Shown here one piece after another: positions 1 through 14,669 of a stretch of DNA of 64,000 bases. Position numbers and translations under genes: made by a program. The stretch spans positions 40,796,376 through 40,860,375 of the forward strand of contig NC_057728.1 in NCBI RefSeq assembly GCF_004010195.1, written 5' to 3'. The first letter of the stretch is position 1. The number at the start of each line of letters is the position of its first letter. The notes beneath the pieces were generated by a model, which worked only from the letters and a program-made list of their open reading frames with translations, made no database searches and was not told where the DNA came from. The DNA is from Chiloscyllium plagiosum (taxonomy: Eukaryota).

Positions 1-1656
1 CAGTTTAAAATTGATGGATGGAAATTAACCAGCAGACCTCCTTGCCTAGAAAAATAAAATGCAAAATTCCAATTATAGTTCGAACTTAAAATGACTATCT
101 TTGTTTAAACAGAATTTAAGTTAGCTTTTAATTCTAGAATGCAGCAGGTCTGACAAAAAAGCTAAGTACTGGTCAACATATTACAATAGTAACGGTCCTT
201 TTTGCCCTGCACCACAAAGGGAACAATCTTGGAATAAGTGAAGTTAAAATGAAAGTTTCAAAAATGGACCAAGCTACAATGTTTAAATCAATTAGTCAAC
301 ATTAGAACAATACAAGATGCAAACATTAACGCATATAGAGGATAAGGTACACATGTATGTTCATCACTCTATAGATATTGCATTCCACTTTATTGTTGGC
401 CTTTTTTAAAATCAACACTGTCAAGCTTTTTGCTTAAGTTTTCCATGCATTTAAAAACAGAAAGCACTAGAAAAACTGAGCACGTCTGGCAGCATCTGTG
501 GATAGACAAATAAGAGTTGATGTTTGGAGTCCAAACACTCTTCGCAACTTCTGCTGCCAGAGCCACTAAGTTACTTCAAAATTTTCTGATTTTATTTCAA
601 AACCTCCGTTTGTTTTATTCTTCAATACATATGCTCCAGACAGACAACCAACATTTTCAAATTCAATTTACTTGTGAAGTCAACAGAAATATTTCCAATT
701 ACTGTGTCATGTGTAGTACTCTCAGACTTACATCTCAAAGTCTTAAAAGGCAAGAAATATGCTCCAAAGAAGAATGAATGGGATGATGTTAGTCTTGTTA
801 TTTTAGGCTACAGCTAGGAGTTGTGCATATTTCTGGTTGCCACACCATAGAATAGATGTGATGTCACCATTCAGGGCACAGTTCTTAGGTTAAAAAAAAA
901 GGAGATTTAGAGAGCATTTGAAGACAACTTTTTTAATCCAAAAGGGTGGCGGTCATCTGGAATTCCATCTCAAAGTATGGTAGAGTAAGGAACCCTCAAG
1001 ACATTTTAGAAGTATTTAGATGACCACTTGAAACACATGAGCATTCAAGGATACAGGTCACATGCTGGAAAATCAGATTAGAATAGATACTGGATGACTA
1101 GCACTGTTTTTATGCTATAAAAACCCCATGGCTCTTATTTTGAATACACTATTTTTATTAACTCTATACCTTACAAAAATAGTGGTCTGATTATTTTATG
1201 GGTTAGTGGGATGTGAGCATTGGTACACGTCCCCAATTGCCCCTGAACATGGCTTGTTAGGCCATTTCAGAAGTCAGCCAAGAGTGTCAGTTATATCAGG
1301 TAAGGTCCACAAATCTCCTTCACCCAAGGACATTAGTGAATCAGACAGGCTTTTTACAGCAATGATGGTTTATCACTGTCAACATTACTAAGTCTAGCTG
1401 TACATTTCAAATTATGAATGGAATTTAAATTTCATGACCATTGTGGGATTTTAACACACACCCCTTCAATATTAACCCGTCATCTGGATTTCTAGTTCAG
1501 TGACACCATCACTATGTCACTATTTCTCCCCCTACCATTGATTGGAATGACAGGATGCGGTGGCTTATATCACAGAGGTGGTTTGGGTGTTATATACCAT
1601 AGTTAAGGAGCAGTTATTACATTAACAGTACTTAACATGCATGAACTGTCAGGACA

Positions 1657-1811
1657 TAGGTTAGTTTTAACCTACTGATATGTCATCACAATAACAATTG
1701 TGATATTCAAAGAACAGCAAGTTCGAACATGTGTGTGTTTGGTTCAAGAAGCAGTCATGTAAAGCTACCAGCTGTTGGATTGAATGTGACTGGACACCTC
1801 AGAGTCAGAAT
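1657..1811 (+). pseudogene. Degenerate 28S rRNA-derived fragment (3' part of LSU) in CAND1 intron 4
   Basis: AGGTTAGTTTTAACCTACTGAT, AAGCTACCAGCTGTTGGATT and TGACTGGACACCTCAGAGTCAGAAT match, in order, the recalled 28S segments AGGTTAGTTTTACCCTACTGAT, AAGCTACCATCTGTGGGATT and TGACTGAACGCCTCTAAGTCAGAAT. Confidence 0.75.
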
Positions 1812-2650
1812 TCTTGCTAAAAGTAAAGCCACGGTATTAGGTCACACAGGATCTCTTCAATAAACTGCACTTCTGTTGTGAGTACAAGTTAGAAGCGTTG
1901 GGAAAATACAGAAAGGAAATAGCAAAAGGTTACCAGCTTCGTCTGTACAGTTTTCTTGCTATAAATTATATTTTAATCCTTTCAGATTGTTTCATTTTAC
2001 AAATTCTCCCTTTCATCAAATTAAGCCTCCGTGCTACATTTCATTATTTTATCACTACTTATCAATTTTGATTTTAATCACAAGCTCATTTAAGGTTACT
2101 GATCTACAATTCAAAATGGTTAGTTTTCTGCAAAGCTTAGTAAAACTTGCTGTTGTGCTGAGTCCCAAACAACACCATCCACTTTTTTTTTCTGCACATT
2201 TTCCCTGCCCCATGGCTATTTCACAAGTCATGTTACACTGGACTAATTAAACTGACATATTCACAAGGGTTCTGTTTCTGAGAAGCCCCATGAAAGATTA
2301 AATTCATGAGTACAAAGCTCGTTAAAATAGGTTAAAGTGGTTAAAAAAATGGTGGATACGCAATTTTTGTCCAATGTTGATTTTTTTGCCACAGATAGAT
2401 GAATTCTCAATTAGCGATTTTGCCGAGAGGATTTACTGTATAGAGATTTGTAAGGCAGAAAATTAAATGTGTAATTCAGACAAAAGCCTCATAAGTACTG
2501 TTGTGAACTTCAGCACAATTCTCACAACTGTGCTTTTGCCTTAATCTCGTTGACATAATTAGGTTATGCTCAGTCTATTTTCCCTGTTTATTGCTAAAGT
2601 ATGTGCTGGGTGAATTTTGCTCTTTTGGCCTCCAACAAAAACTCGATTAC

Positions 2651-2774
2651 CTGCTTAGCATATCTGCCATGATGTCTAGTGCTTCCAATTGAACAGAGAC
2701 ATCCTCCTGTTTCGCAATGGCACTTGTGAGGCGGCCTGTGATCTTTTTGCAAACGTTAGCTGCTAAAGCAGATC
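2651..2774 (-). CDS. CAND1: CAND1 coding exon 4 (124 nt); gene continues beyond the left edge
   Basis: TACTAG| acceptor; (G)[40 protein letters not shown](R); AG|GTAATC donor; phases consistent across exons 1-4. Confidence 0.98.
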
Positions 2775-2875
2775 CTAGTAAACAAATACAAATTTGAACA
2801 GATCTCAGATAAATAACAAGAATGTGTTTTAAAATACACCCAGTCATTGAAAGATGTTTGGGTAATGTTATAGAA

Positions 2876-3565
2876 CAAAGGGACCTAGGGGTGCAGGCAC
2901 ATTTTTTTTGAAGTTTGTGTCACATATAGATAGGGTGGTTAAAAAAAAGTTTTTGGCAAGCTTGCCTTCATTGCGGAGTCCTTTGAGTATAGGAGTTGGG
3001 AAGTCATGTTGAGGTTGCACAGGACATTGGTGAGGCCTCTTCTGAAAGACTGTGTCCAGTTCTTGTCGCCCAGTTACAGAAAGGATATTAATAAGCTGAA
3101 GAGGGTTCAGAAGAGATTTACCAGGATGTTGCCAGGTATGGAAGGTTTGAGTTATTTTTTTAAAAAAAAAAGGTAGATAGACTGGGACCATTTTCAATGG
3201 AACGTAGGAGGTTGAGAGGCAATCAGATAGAAGTTTATAAAACAATAAGGGGTAAAGAGTTAACGGTAGTTGTCTTTTTCCCTAGGATGGGGGATTTCAA
3301 GATTGGGGTGACATTCTTAAGGTGAGAGGAAAGGGAAATAGAAAAAGCATGAGAGGCAAACTTTTTAAAGACAGTGGTTCACATGTGGAATGAATTTCCT
3401 AAGAAATTAGTGGATGCGGGTACAATTGCAACGTTTAAAAGACATTTGGATAGATTTGAAGGGATATGGCCCAAGAGCAGACAGGTGGGACTAGTTTAGT
3501 TTGGGGATCATATTTGGCATAGACTGGTTAGACCAGAGGGGCTGTTTCCATGCCATATGGCTCCA
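2876..3565 (+). mobile_element. CR1-clade LINE 3' fragment in CAND1 intron 3
   Basis: Decayed ORF2 C-terminus (LVRPLL..CVQF.SPSYRKDI.KL.RVQKRFTRMLPG) plus 3' UTR homologous to the large CR1 copies at 43.5-50.5 kb. Confidence 0.9.
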
Positions 3566-5412
3566 CAACACAGTTGGATGCAAAAATAGTTTTTCACTGT
3601 CACATCACTGTCACATCTTTTCAAATTAAATGGCACAATACAGCTTTAAAATTGCTTTTTAGCCAGAGGTGACCTGGAACTTGCAAAAATGAGAAAAATG
3701 GGTGAGTTAGTTCATTGGTCAACAAAGTATCTTTAAGATAGCTACAATTAAATGTAAAAAAATTTTAAACAGAAAAACTGAATAAGGAAGACATGATGGA
3801 AAGTGAATCAAGTACTGGTCGTAATTTTAAATGTTTTTTAAGCCCACCTCTCAGTCACACGCTTTCATCTAATTATCTTTTATTATATACATCTCCTTGT
3901 GATAGGTTTCTAATTATCTAAGATCTTCTTTCACTCAGAACTAACTTCTGTCCACAATGACTTGAAATGCTGCTTCCAAGGGTGGTGGAAACAGAGGTGA
4001 TCAATGATTTCTAAAGAAAATTTGATGTCCAATCTATATGTAAATTTGCAAGGCCACAAGGATGGAACAGATTGGATTATTCAATAGACAGCAATAATGG
4101 ATTTGACAAGCCAAACGGTCATAAGAGTCAGAGATCTACAAAACAGAAAAGTCTCTTCAGTCCATCAAATTCACACCAAAACCAGTAACTATTTGAATCC
4201 CATTTCCCAGCCTTGTATGTCGTTTGGCATTACAAGTACACATCTAAATACTTCTGGAATAGGTAATGAAGACTTCTGCCTCTATCCTCCTTAAGGCAGT
4301 GAGTTCCAGATTCCCAACACCCTTTGGATGAAAGATTTTTCCTCACCTTGTGTCATAACTCTACAAGCAAAGACGTCAAAATATTCAGACTAATATTTTA
4401 CTGTTGTTAACTCGTCAGCAATCTAAAGAACCCAGTCAGAAATTAAATGAAGCAATTTATTTCAATCTCAGACACAGATTTTAACTGCAAATTTACAATC
4501 CAGTTAATGTTAAATTATTGTAACATAAATCATCAACCATTTTCACATATTTACATTGTCAATTAAATTTATTCACTAAACATGTCCAAATTCAACTATC
4601 AAGAGCTGCCATCCATAATTCTAAGATTATTAAACAATGGTTAGTTAATTATTTTGCTGTTGGACTTCTGCTAATATACAGAAAAATATGTTAATTTTTT
4701 CACTCAGCAATTAACAGATCCAATTGAGAGATTGCTAATTTAAATGCTAACATAATCATCCACTGACAAATAATTAAAGTGAAGGGTCACAAATTTGTTA
4801 TGTACCCTTTCATATGAGCAAACATACGAGTTAGGACCTGGAGAAAGCAGTCTGTCACCTGAAACGGATTCTGACCCCAATGTATTTTCTTGGCTCCTTT
4901 TTATAGCTCTGCCTTCAAAAAATATTCAGCGACTCTGCCTCTAATGCTCTCTGGGGAAGAGAACTATACATGACACTCACCAATTTTTCTGTCTTAAATA
5001 ATAAAATCCTTATTTTTGAACTGTGCTCCCTAGTTCTAGTCTCTCTTACAACATCCAGCTTGTAAAGCCTCTCAGAATTTTAAATGTTTCAATAAGATTA
5101 ACTCTCGTTCTTCTCAGCACTGGAAAATACAGATACAATGTGTCCAAACTTTACCCCTAAGACAACCTCTTCTCATCCTGTGAAAGGGTCACTGGACCCA
5201 AAATATTAACTTTGTTTTCTCTCCATAGATCATGCCGGACCTGCAGAGGTTTTCCAGCTTCTGATCTCCAGCATTTGCAGTTCTTTGCTTTTTTTTCTTC
5301 TCATTCCAATATACCTACCATTTTCCACTAACTAGCAAACCTTCTGTCCATTCTAATATGCAAGTCCCCTATATCATGACCTCTTCTGTTGTGCAATAAC
5401 TTTCATTGTCAG

Positions 5413-5573
5413 AAACAAAACAGAAGTTGCTGAAAAAGCTCTGCAGGTCAAGCAACATCAGTGAAGAGAAATCAGAGTTAACATTTCGTGTCCGGTGACC
5501 CTTCCTCAGAGCTTTTCGAGCAATTTCTGCTTTAATTTCTGATTTATAGCATCCACAGTTCTTTCAGTTTTTA
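5413..5573. mobile_element. Penelope-like fold-back repeat (family D)
   Basis: AAACAGAAGTTGCTGAAAAAGCTC...GAGCTTTTCGAGCAATTTCTG inverted arms; related pieces at ~5180, 23675, 26995, 28320, 40770, 55330; carries a CTGANGA..GAAA core on the minus strand. Confidence 0.65.
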
Positions 5574-6309
5574 ACCTTTGTTGTCAAATGACATCTGGAA
5601 ATCTAAGAACATCACATTCACAGGTTCCTTTTTAAGTCAAGTAGAACATTGCTTCCTTCAAAAATTCTAAAGAATGATTCAAACACAATTTCACTTGCTC
5701 AAAATCATGTCAACTTTGCATAATGCACTGATATTTTCTTAGTGCAGTGTTTTAACCTCCTTAATAATAGATTCAAGCATTTTCCAGATAGCAGATGGTA
5801 AACTATATGTAGTTTCCTGCTTTATCCTTTTTTGAATGTTGGACTTACATCTGCTACTTTCAAATGTGATGGGAAATTTCCAGAATCTACGTGATTTTAG
5901 AGGATTAAAGCCATCACAACTCCTCACGTCACTTCTTCTTAAACTTTAGGATGAAGTCCATCAAGACCAGAGGAACACAACTTTTAATTCTATTAAGTTT
6001 TCAGTACCATTTCCTACATTCCTTCCTTCCATCTGATTTCATAATTTGTGGGATATTATTTATATTGTTACACTGAAGAGAGATGCACAATATATGTTCA
6101 AACATTACTTCCTACTATTAATTTGCCAGCTCTCTCCATAAATTACTTTTTAAAAAACATACTTTTAAAACTTTGTTTATATTCCAGCTACTCTTTTTTT
6201 TTAAAAACCCTATTTTTCTTTCTTGATTATCTTGTCAGAGAATACTTTCCAGTGTCCTTTATAATGACAATTTCTCCTCCCCCCCTCCGCCTTCAAAATA
6301 TAAACTTAC

Positions 6310-6464
6310 CACTAGAAGCTGGAGGTAACTCTCCAATGACGGTTTTCAGTCCAATACTGGAAATATCCCTCAGTTGCTCCTTATCTGACAACATATTGGT
6401 ACACAATGTATCCACAATTGTTTCCACCTGATATTCCTTCACTTTACTGACCAATGGACCAAGG
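6310..6464 (-). CDS. CAND1: CAND1 coding exon 3 (155 nt)
   Basis: TTCAG| acceptor; (C)[51 protein letters not shown](G); G|GTAAGT donor. Confidence 0.98.
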
Positions 6465-9400
6465 CTGAAGGATAAGTATGAAAGACATGCTTAAACAGAG
6501 CTTTCATGAGACATTCAAAACTAAATTCCTGATAAATTAATATTTAAATCTGCTGCATACACATTTTCATAACACATCTATGAGAGAGAGATTGCACTTT
6601 CCACAACCTGTTTACTATTTCCTTATGATGTCTGTGATTATTGCTATTGGTGAACTTGAACTGATTGACCAAACTGATAATTTTACTTCTAAAGCAATTG
6701 TGCCGATAGTAATGACTATAAAGGTTTGTCAAACACTAAATCAAACACATTCCTGCCATAAGTTCCTCCAAGCATACACAAGCTATCACTATAAAATCTG
6801 TGTAGCTTCCAGTATATCCTTAACAGGTCATTTGGCTTTCTTCTATATTATAAAATACTATGGCTAAAAGTGAAAAGTTTTTTTTAAATTACAAGTATAT
6901 TTACATGTACATGTATAAGATTGCCGATGGCAAGTTGGCTCATCATTACACGCAACACAAAATGTACTGTACAGCCATATTGTGCAATCATTATTTTAAC
7001 AGCACATTAGACGTAGATCAGTAAATTATATTTCTATGCTTGCTCAATTAAACAAGTACAGGTGAATGTTTTGTTGTGCTGAGTCAAAGCATAATACTAT
7101 ATATAATGTAATTAAACTCAATGTGCACATTAAATATGACTCACCATTATTCAGGCCAACTGATATTACTATATCCCTTATAACGTATACACATAGTTAA
7201 ATCGCTTTATTAAGACTCCTAAGCAGTCACTCAGACATTCACAGAGATCTTACTCATTTTTGTGTGTCAACAAATTTTGCAATAAAACAACAGAGTTGGA
7301 TATCAAAAATGGTGGTCCAAATTCTGTGGCTGTTATTCCAGCTATTAGCTCAGTATTGGAGATCCCCACACTGGGAAACTGACAGCAACTTCTGGCATGA
7401 ACATGGAATTACAAACAAAAATCTAGAAGTTGCTGTCAATGATGTCCTGCTCTTCTAATGGGTGCATGGTCTCAAAACAGAAACCTTCAGAAATCACAAA
7501 ATTGAAAAGAACCTCCCTTTGTAAGCTGTGACATCACTGTTAAAATCTCCTAACAATATTATGCCTTGTAATGTGATATAACTGGATTGAAATGGTGTAC
7601 TGAAGTGATAGTAATTGACCAACCTTGCATCAATACATTTTACATTCGTATTTCATATGTTCCCATTTCAAGAAGTAGAATTTTAATTAAGTTTATAATA
7701 TTTCAGCATATGTGTATGCGCTAATCAGTTATTCTGTTCGACATAAAATGTATAAAAAGCTTGAATTAAATGACTTGAATTTTGCAGTCAGCAGCCAAGT
7801 AACTTTCTCTACAGAAAGTGGTCTGTTTCTATCGTTAGAAACAGTTTGTAATATGCACTAGTTGCTAGCTCCTAGTTCTGATAACAGTTTAAATGCATAC
7901 TTGTACTCTGGAAACTCTGGCACACAATGCAGTAATTGCACAAACACATGCCCACAATCAATCTGAAACTACTTAATATACTACATTTCAGCATTAGAGT
8001 GGCCATGACAATTGAAGCAAATGTTCTATCAGCTCTGTGGCAATACTGGCAAATTAATCAAACTCCATACTCTCTCTCCTTATCACTGAATTTTTTTCCC
8101 CTTCACATATTTACCCAAACCTCTTCTTGTGTATTACTATTGAATCTGCTTCTACTCACTCTCAGTCAATGCAGCCCAGATCAAAATAACTTATTGTGTC
8201 AAATGAAAACATTTCCTCATCTCCTCTGGTTCTTCTTCCAATTATTTTAACCTAGATCATCAATCAGAGGGCATAGATTTAAGGAGCCAAAATTTTATGT
8301 AATAATAAAACTTATTTATAAAGTACTCTTAAAAGTGATAGAACATTCACCAGAACACAAACAAAGTTTGATGCTCAGCCACATGCAGACACAATAGGGT
8401 CGATATAAAAATGTTAGTCTGAGATTGGCTTAAGCAGTGTCTTAAAAGGTTGTGGGGTGGCGGCAGAAACTGAGGTATTTAGGGAGGGAAAATCCAAACT
8501 TCGGGTCTTAGCAAAAGTAGATGCAATGGGAGTACTGCTGTTGTTTTGTAAATACTTTTTTTTTGGGCCTTTGGTTGAGATAGTGGACTGAAATGAGAAA
8601 TGGAACTTTTAAAAACCATGCATTAAATGAGGGATTACCACATCTTTTGAAAACAAGTAACCCGACACTCATTGTATTGTTTAGGTTACTACTCATGAGG
8701 TGGGGGAAACGTGCAGATGAGCTGGAGCCACAAGTAGTGTATACACAGAGATTCAGCCAGTAGCAAGGAACCGACTGTCATCAATAACTGGTCACTAGTC
8801 CATAAACCAAAGGCCTTCTGTCTGTCAATGATTGTGTAGCTGGCTCCCAGGTAGCTGAACGCCTTAGGGTAGTGAACAAGTTACAGAGAAGCTGTATCAA
8901 TTTTCTCTGCAGTAAAAGAAATGTAAACCTGAAGGAAACAAGTTTTTTTCCCCTCAGTAGTTGCCATACATCTGTGACTTTTAATTAAGTCAGAGGCCTT
9001 TGTAAGTGTGAAACTCGAACCTCCTGCAAACAAAATCAAGAAGCTGAATTATCTCAGCAAACCTTGTGAACAGGAACCACTGAACTGCTTTCCCAGCATT
9101 CTCCTTCACCCATGTGTTTTCACCTCAACCGTCTGCATGGGTATAAAAGGGTAATTATAATGGGGTTTAGAGTTTTAACTAGTAGAGTTATATGCTGATG
9201 GTTCAGGTAAATTGGAGAATCTTGCATACTTTTTAAAATCTTTAATTGTTCTGCTCACCCTGGGACTAAGGGAGCTTGATTTTCAGCTTGCTATTCCAGA
9301 GGTACAACAGTTTGGACAGGTGCCCTGTTAGCGATAACATGTATCTGTTGTCAAGTGCACATAGGACAGGTTACGATGTAAAGGAAAGAAAATAATTTGC

Positions 9401-10128
9401 GAATAGAAACAATGGGAAATTCAGCAAAAATAATGAAACACTAGCTTTTTTAAAATAAACAACTAGTGTTTTAGAAAGAAAATGAATTTGACAGGTATGC
9501 TAAGTAGTTTGATTTTGATGTTTTCCATGAAGTAATGAGCTTTGTGTTATAACCTTCAGAAAATTATTTAGCGATTATATTGCTCCACCTCCTACATTTT
9601 CCAGGCAAAAACCTGTATTGTTTCAAAGATACAAGTTGGCCATTTTCAACAATTATTCATCATCATCTGGTATTTTGCAGCACCTATTTCAAAGGTTCAG
9701 AATGATACAGGTAAAGCTGAAGAACCTGCCTTCTTCAGAAGGAATGTCAGGGTCAGAATTACCAATTAGTGTAAGGAAACATCTGGGGTAGGCCATGATC
9801 TCACTTTACATTCAGAATACAATCCCTCCATGCCAATCAGAACATAAAGGGCTCCTCTCTAAAAGTCTTGCATAAAATATGGCCTGTACATACACACTTG
9901 GTACTGAATGACAATGACAACCTGAATCATAACCCAAAAGCCAATGCTCTCAAGTGAGGGAGATGATAACAATATATAAAAAAATAAAGTTGCAGTACTT
10001 TAAGTACTGGGAGCAAAATAATTCTGACATGCTTCCATACTTAATTGGTAAGTACAGGTGAAACAGTAATTATAATAAATCTACATCTGCACCAATTTAT
10101 TCTACAAGCAGATGAATTTTTTGTTTAC

Positions 10129-10272
10129 CATTTAACAGCAAGGTTCTGCACTTCACCATTCTTGTCTTCCAGTAACTTCAAGATCATCTTAACCACTTTT
10201 CGTTCACTGTCATCATCCAACTTAATAGAGTCTTTCTGCAATTCTGTCATCAAGTCATTGGTTGCCATAAAT
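10129..10272 (-). CDS. CAND1: CAND1 coding exon 2 (144 nt)
   Basis: TTTCCAG| acceptor; (R)[47 protein letters not shown](C); TG|GTAAAC donor; frame continues exon 1. Confidence 0.98.
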
Positions 10273-10549
10273 CTGGAAATTATACAAATGAAATTAATTT
10301 TGTTACGAGTTTTGTATTAATCCACTGTTAGTAATTACTCAACAGTACATGCTTATTTTTGCAATGACACAAAACGGGTGACCAACTGCATTATTTCACG
10401 AATAGCAAGAACCTATATAAAGATAATGATTTGGTTATATTACTCTTGTCAATCGAGAAATAAAACCTCGGGTATCTCAAAGCATAAAGCCGATTATGTA
10501 CCAGTTCAAATAAAATACAAAGATTCTGACATTATCAAAGAAATACATT

Positions 10550-11110
10550 TGACCTAGCAACTGAAATGCAATTCCTTCCCACAGACTTCCTAGTTCTCTC
10601 CCTTATCTGAATATAGCCTTGATCGAAGTATGAACAAAAGCTGAAAAAAGTGACTGCCCTTGACATCAAAGCAACATTTGACATGTGACACCTAGGTGCC
10701 ATGTTAAACTGCTGTCTTTGGAAATCAAGGGAAATCCAGAAGTACAAAGGATGATCGCTGTACTTGGAGGTCAATAATCTGTTTCAAGACACCACTGCAG
10801 AAATCCTTTCAGATGGTGCCTTAAGACCAATCACCTTCAGCCCCAGTCACTGCTTCCCACAATAAGACCAGAAATAGCAACATTGGCTGACCACGAATGT
10901 TCAGCTCGATTAGCAAGTCCTTTGATAATGAGCAGTGTGCATTCACACGTAGCAAGAGCTCGACAGGGTTGACACGTGACAAGGAGCATTCATAAGACAC
11001 ATGCTAAGCAATGACCATCACCAACAAAAAACCTAACTAACATCCTGACATTCAATGGCATTACCACCAACCAAATCCTGGGGATCCCCAGTAATCAGAC
11101 ACTCAACCAG
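10550..11110 (+). mobile_element. Old CR1-like LINE RT remnant in CAND1 intron 1
   Basis: VTALDIKATFD (GTGACTGCCCTTGACATCAAAGCAACATTTGAC) RT motif; downstream sequence homologous to 33575-33750. Confidence 0.7.
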
Positions 11111-13259
11111 AGCAGGTCAAATATTCTGTAGCACATGCCAGCCCTTGTACCTTAAGGCAAACTTTTCAGTGATCACAAGACTTTTGAGATCTGGAGGTGA
11201 TACATAGGTTTGTCAGAAATGGTCATTTTTTGGCATTTGTCTTGTGAACTTTCCTTGCCATGTGTTAACCCCGTCCAGCTTCTGCTGCAGGTGCAGATAA
11301 TACAGAGCAATTTAACGAATTTGCCAATAAAGGTGCATTTGATGAGCAACCCCTCCAGTGTATTCTCGTGACCAATCTCAACACCAAGCGCAGAGAAGGA
11401 TGCAATTTGACAAGTTAATTTTTAACCCATCTAGTTGGTCCCACTCAACTGTTCTTTCCCTTTTAAGTATCCAATTCCCTTTTGAAAGTTACTCTTTAAT
11501 CTGCTAACAATTTTCCAAGTACTGCAGTACAAATACTCCCTTCAAGAAACATTTCTTCTTCTCTCCCTCTTCAATTGGAATTATTTGGAATCTCTTCTGG
11601 TAACCAAAGTTCCTCCTAAAATAAACCATTTTCCCCATCAACGCCACCAAAACCACATATGTTTCTGAACACCTCTTAAATCTCCACTTAGCTTCTCTAT
11701 CCCCTCCATTTAAAAGAGGTGTCTTACCCTGAATGCCAACCACTCACACAGACCTTTATATTTATTATTTGTTCAAGAGATTTGGCTGTTACCACAGCCA
11801 ATATTCATTATCCATCCCCAACTGTCTTTGAGATGGTCCTAACCTGCACTCTTGACTCAAAGTCCACAGAATGTAGATGCAGCCACAATGCTGGTAGGAA
11901 GGCAGTTGTCAGTTAAGATCCAGTGACAATAAAAAATTAGCATTATGGGTCCAAATCAGGCATACGACTTAGAGGGCAATTAGCAGGTGGTGGCATTTTC
12001 ATAGACGTACTACCTCAATCTTTCTAGGTAGAAGAAGTCAAGAAGCTTTTCCGAATTGCTGCAATGGGGCTTGTAGATGGTACATGCCTATGTGCTGGTG
12101 GTGAAGTTACTGAATGTTTAAGGTTTTTAAGGGGTGCCATCGAGTATGTTCCTTTGCCTTGGATAACGGAACCTTATTGGCTTTATCAGGACAGCATACA
12201 TTCAGACTCAATAACATTCCATCTCTCATCTAACTTGTATCTTGTAGATAGGAAAACAATTAAATGACAGAAGAAAGTGGAGGAGACCTCAAACAAGTAT
12301 CCTCACTCATTATGACTGATCTTCTTCCTTAACTCCACTTTGGTTGGCTACCACAATTCATTGAATATATTTATTAAATTTGTTGCCTCAATGACGGAAT
12401 ATTCACAATTCTATAAGCAGACAATCCAAAAATTCACAACCAAGTGAGGAAATTGCTGATCTGAAACCCAAAATGATCAACCCTTTATTCAGAGACTATA
12501 GCTTCATGTTTTGGATAACGAATCTCTGTCTATTCTGGCAAGTCATTTAAAAACCTTCAATGTTTTAATAAGATCTCTTATTCTTCTAAACTCCAGAGAT
12601 TATGAACCCAATTTACTCATTTATTCATCTTAGCTAAATCTTTTCATTCCAGGAACAATATAACAAGCCTTTGGTGTACCTCCACTCCATAATGCAAGTA
12701 CATACAGCAATCAATGTTGTCAGACCCCAAAGTTTCTGCTATATCCAGCAGATTAAGCTGCTCTTTCATATCACAGAGTGGATCAAATTATTTGAAGACT
12801 AGCCTCTTTGGCAGTAGAGACAAAGAGGAGGCTGAGATACATCAATGACCATTCACTTCTAGCTGAATACAATTGAAAATGTTTCAGCCTCGTCTTTTGC
12901 ACTCAAATGCTGGGTTCCATCATCAAAAATTAGGAACATCGTCCCATTAGTTGACAATTAAATAACCTAACAGTTACAGCTAAATGGACAGAACTGCAGA
13001 GCTCTGATCTGATCCATTAATGACAGCATCGTGTAATTCTTGTGTATAGCACTGCATTAGGGAATAACTGGGTTGCCTTCGTGAACAGCTGTTCCCTGAT
13101 TCTACACGATCTACTTAGTGTTGCAAATTTCAGCCATAAGTCTTCATAATTCAACAGGCCAATTCTCAACTCTCAGATCTATGGGCACAAAGGGCATATA
13201 GCCCCATGAGCTTAGTCTGATCTGGAGTACATGATTTGCTTTGATTTGTTTCCTTCTTT

Positions 13260-14330
13260 GCCACCACTCTGTCTCATCATTAAGATGTTGTGACTCAAAG
13301 TGCAGCACAGCTTTATGGTCAATGCTGCTGTGCTCTCAGAAGAGCATGTGAATGCCTTTGAAAACAAATATTTGTCTTCTCTGAGACTCTGGTCACTTGA
13401 AAAACAAGACTTGAAGTGGAAGACAGCTGGCCCACCAAAGGTGATATTACAGGAGATTTACACAAACATTTCTGGAGCTGCATACAAGGAAGACACCTGC
13501 ATTTGTGTGATAGTCCTTCCATTCAGTCTGGAAAGATGCAAAGACATTGCTCATGAAATTACTTCAATAGTATAATACTGATACACAGTCCTAGTCTGAC
13601 TGCAGGACAGAGCTGTAGCAACAAATGCTACTGCAACGCCTGTCAAGGATCCAGTGCTCAACATATTCCAGAGTCTAGGTTCCAGTGCTCAACATATTCC
13701 AGAGTCTCCCATCAACACTTATGGCACATAGAACGTTTCGCTGAGTAGTTTGTTTTGATGACAAGGACAGGTCACATTACTTGCATGCAGAATTTAAGAT
13801 ATTTAAAGTACATTGCAAATCTAGTGCAGAGTGGGTAATAATATGGCAGGATGTACAAACTGTAAATCATGTTATTTTTATGGTGGTTAGTTCAGTTCTG
13901 GCATTGAGGTCAAAGAAATTTACCCCCAAATAGTATTGTTCTGGCACCAGATCTTTGAGGTGAAAAGCCTGTGACAGGTTGATTGTATGTCTAAGAGGGC
14001 TACAACAGTGCGGCTTACCCCAGTACAGATTTTGAAGTCAATTGTTGCAGACTTCCACTCAAGAGAGTTGCAGTCACATCATAATGAAGTATTTTCAGGA
14101 TCATAAGGACTTATCTCAAACCTAAAAATTTGGAACACAAAACCTCATGATTTACTGAGGGAAATACTTTGGTTAGGTTGATGAATGCAATGAAGCATTC
14201 TTGACACTGCCTTTGACGTTTTCCTTGGATGTGTCGTGCAATTTCAGAGGTTCGCCTGTAAGGTCTAAAGGTAAAACTGTGGCTCAGGAATTCCTCAGGA
14301 AGTAGACAATTGAGCAAAATGAATGTCAGG
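13260..14330 (-). mobile_element. RTE-clade LINE remnant
   Basis: CFIAFINLTKVFPSVNHEVL resembles the RTE RT motif FVDLTKAFDTV; further on EWKDYHTN..V..L..HLWWA resembles the RTE C-terminal W.D..TN..V..LRWAGH. Confidence 0.6.
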
Positions 14331-14669
14331 ATTTTTCATGCTGTGGAAAAGGAGGAAATACTTCAATATAGGTACATTTCTCGCAATAGACCTTTGTATT
14401 GTTGGTAATGGTACGGTGGGAAAAATGTCAGGCCACCTTCAAGAAAACAACTCAGCATTACTGATGTTCTTCAGCATTTCTTGGATTGTATCACTTGACC
14501 TGTTCTGAATCTATCCCATTTAAGACATTAGTAACACCACACACCATGATGGAGGGTGCTCTCACTGTGTACATATGCAGTCTCCCCACAAGATCTGTAA
14601 GGTGGTCTCTCTTACTAAAACTGTTATGAATAAATGTACCTGTGACAGATGGATTGCCATAGACAAGTT

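Noticed and set aside
6048..6431. Plus-strand ORFs overlapping CAND1 exons (also 10045-10320)
   Set aside because: Antisense shadows of the real exons.
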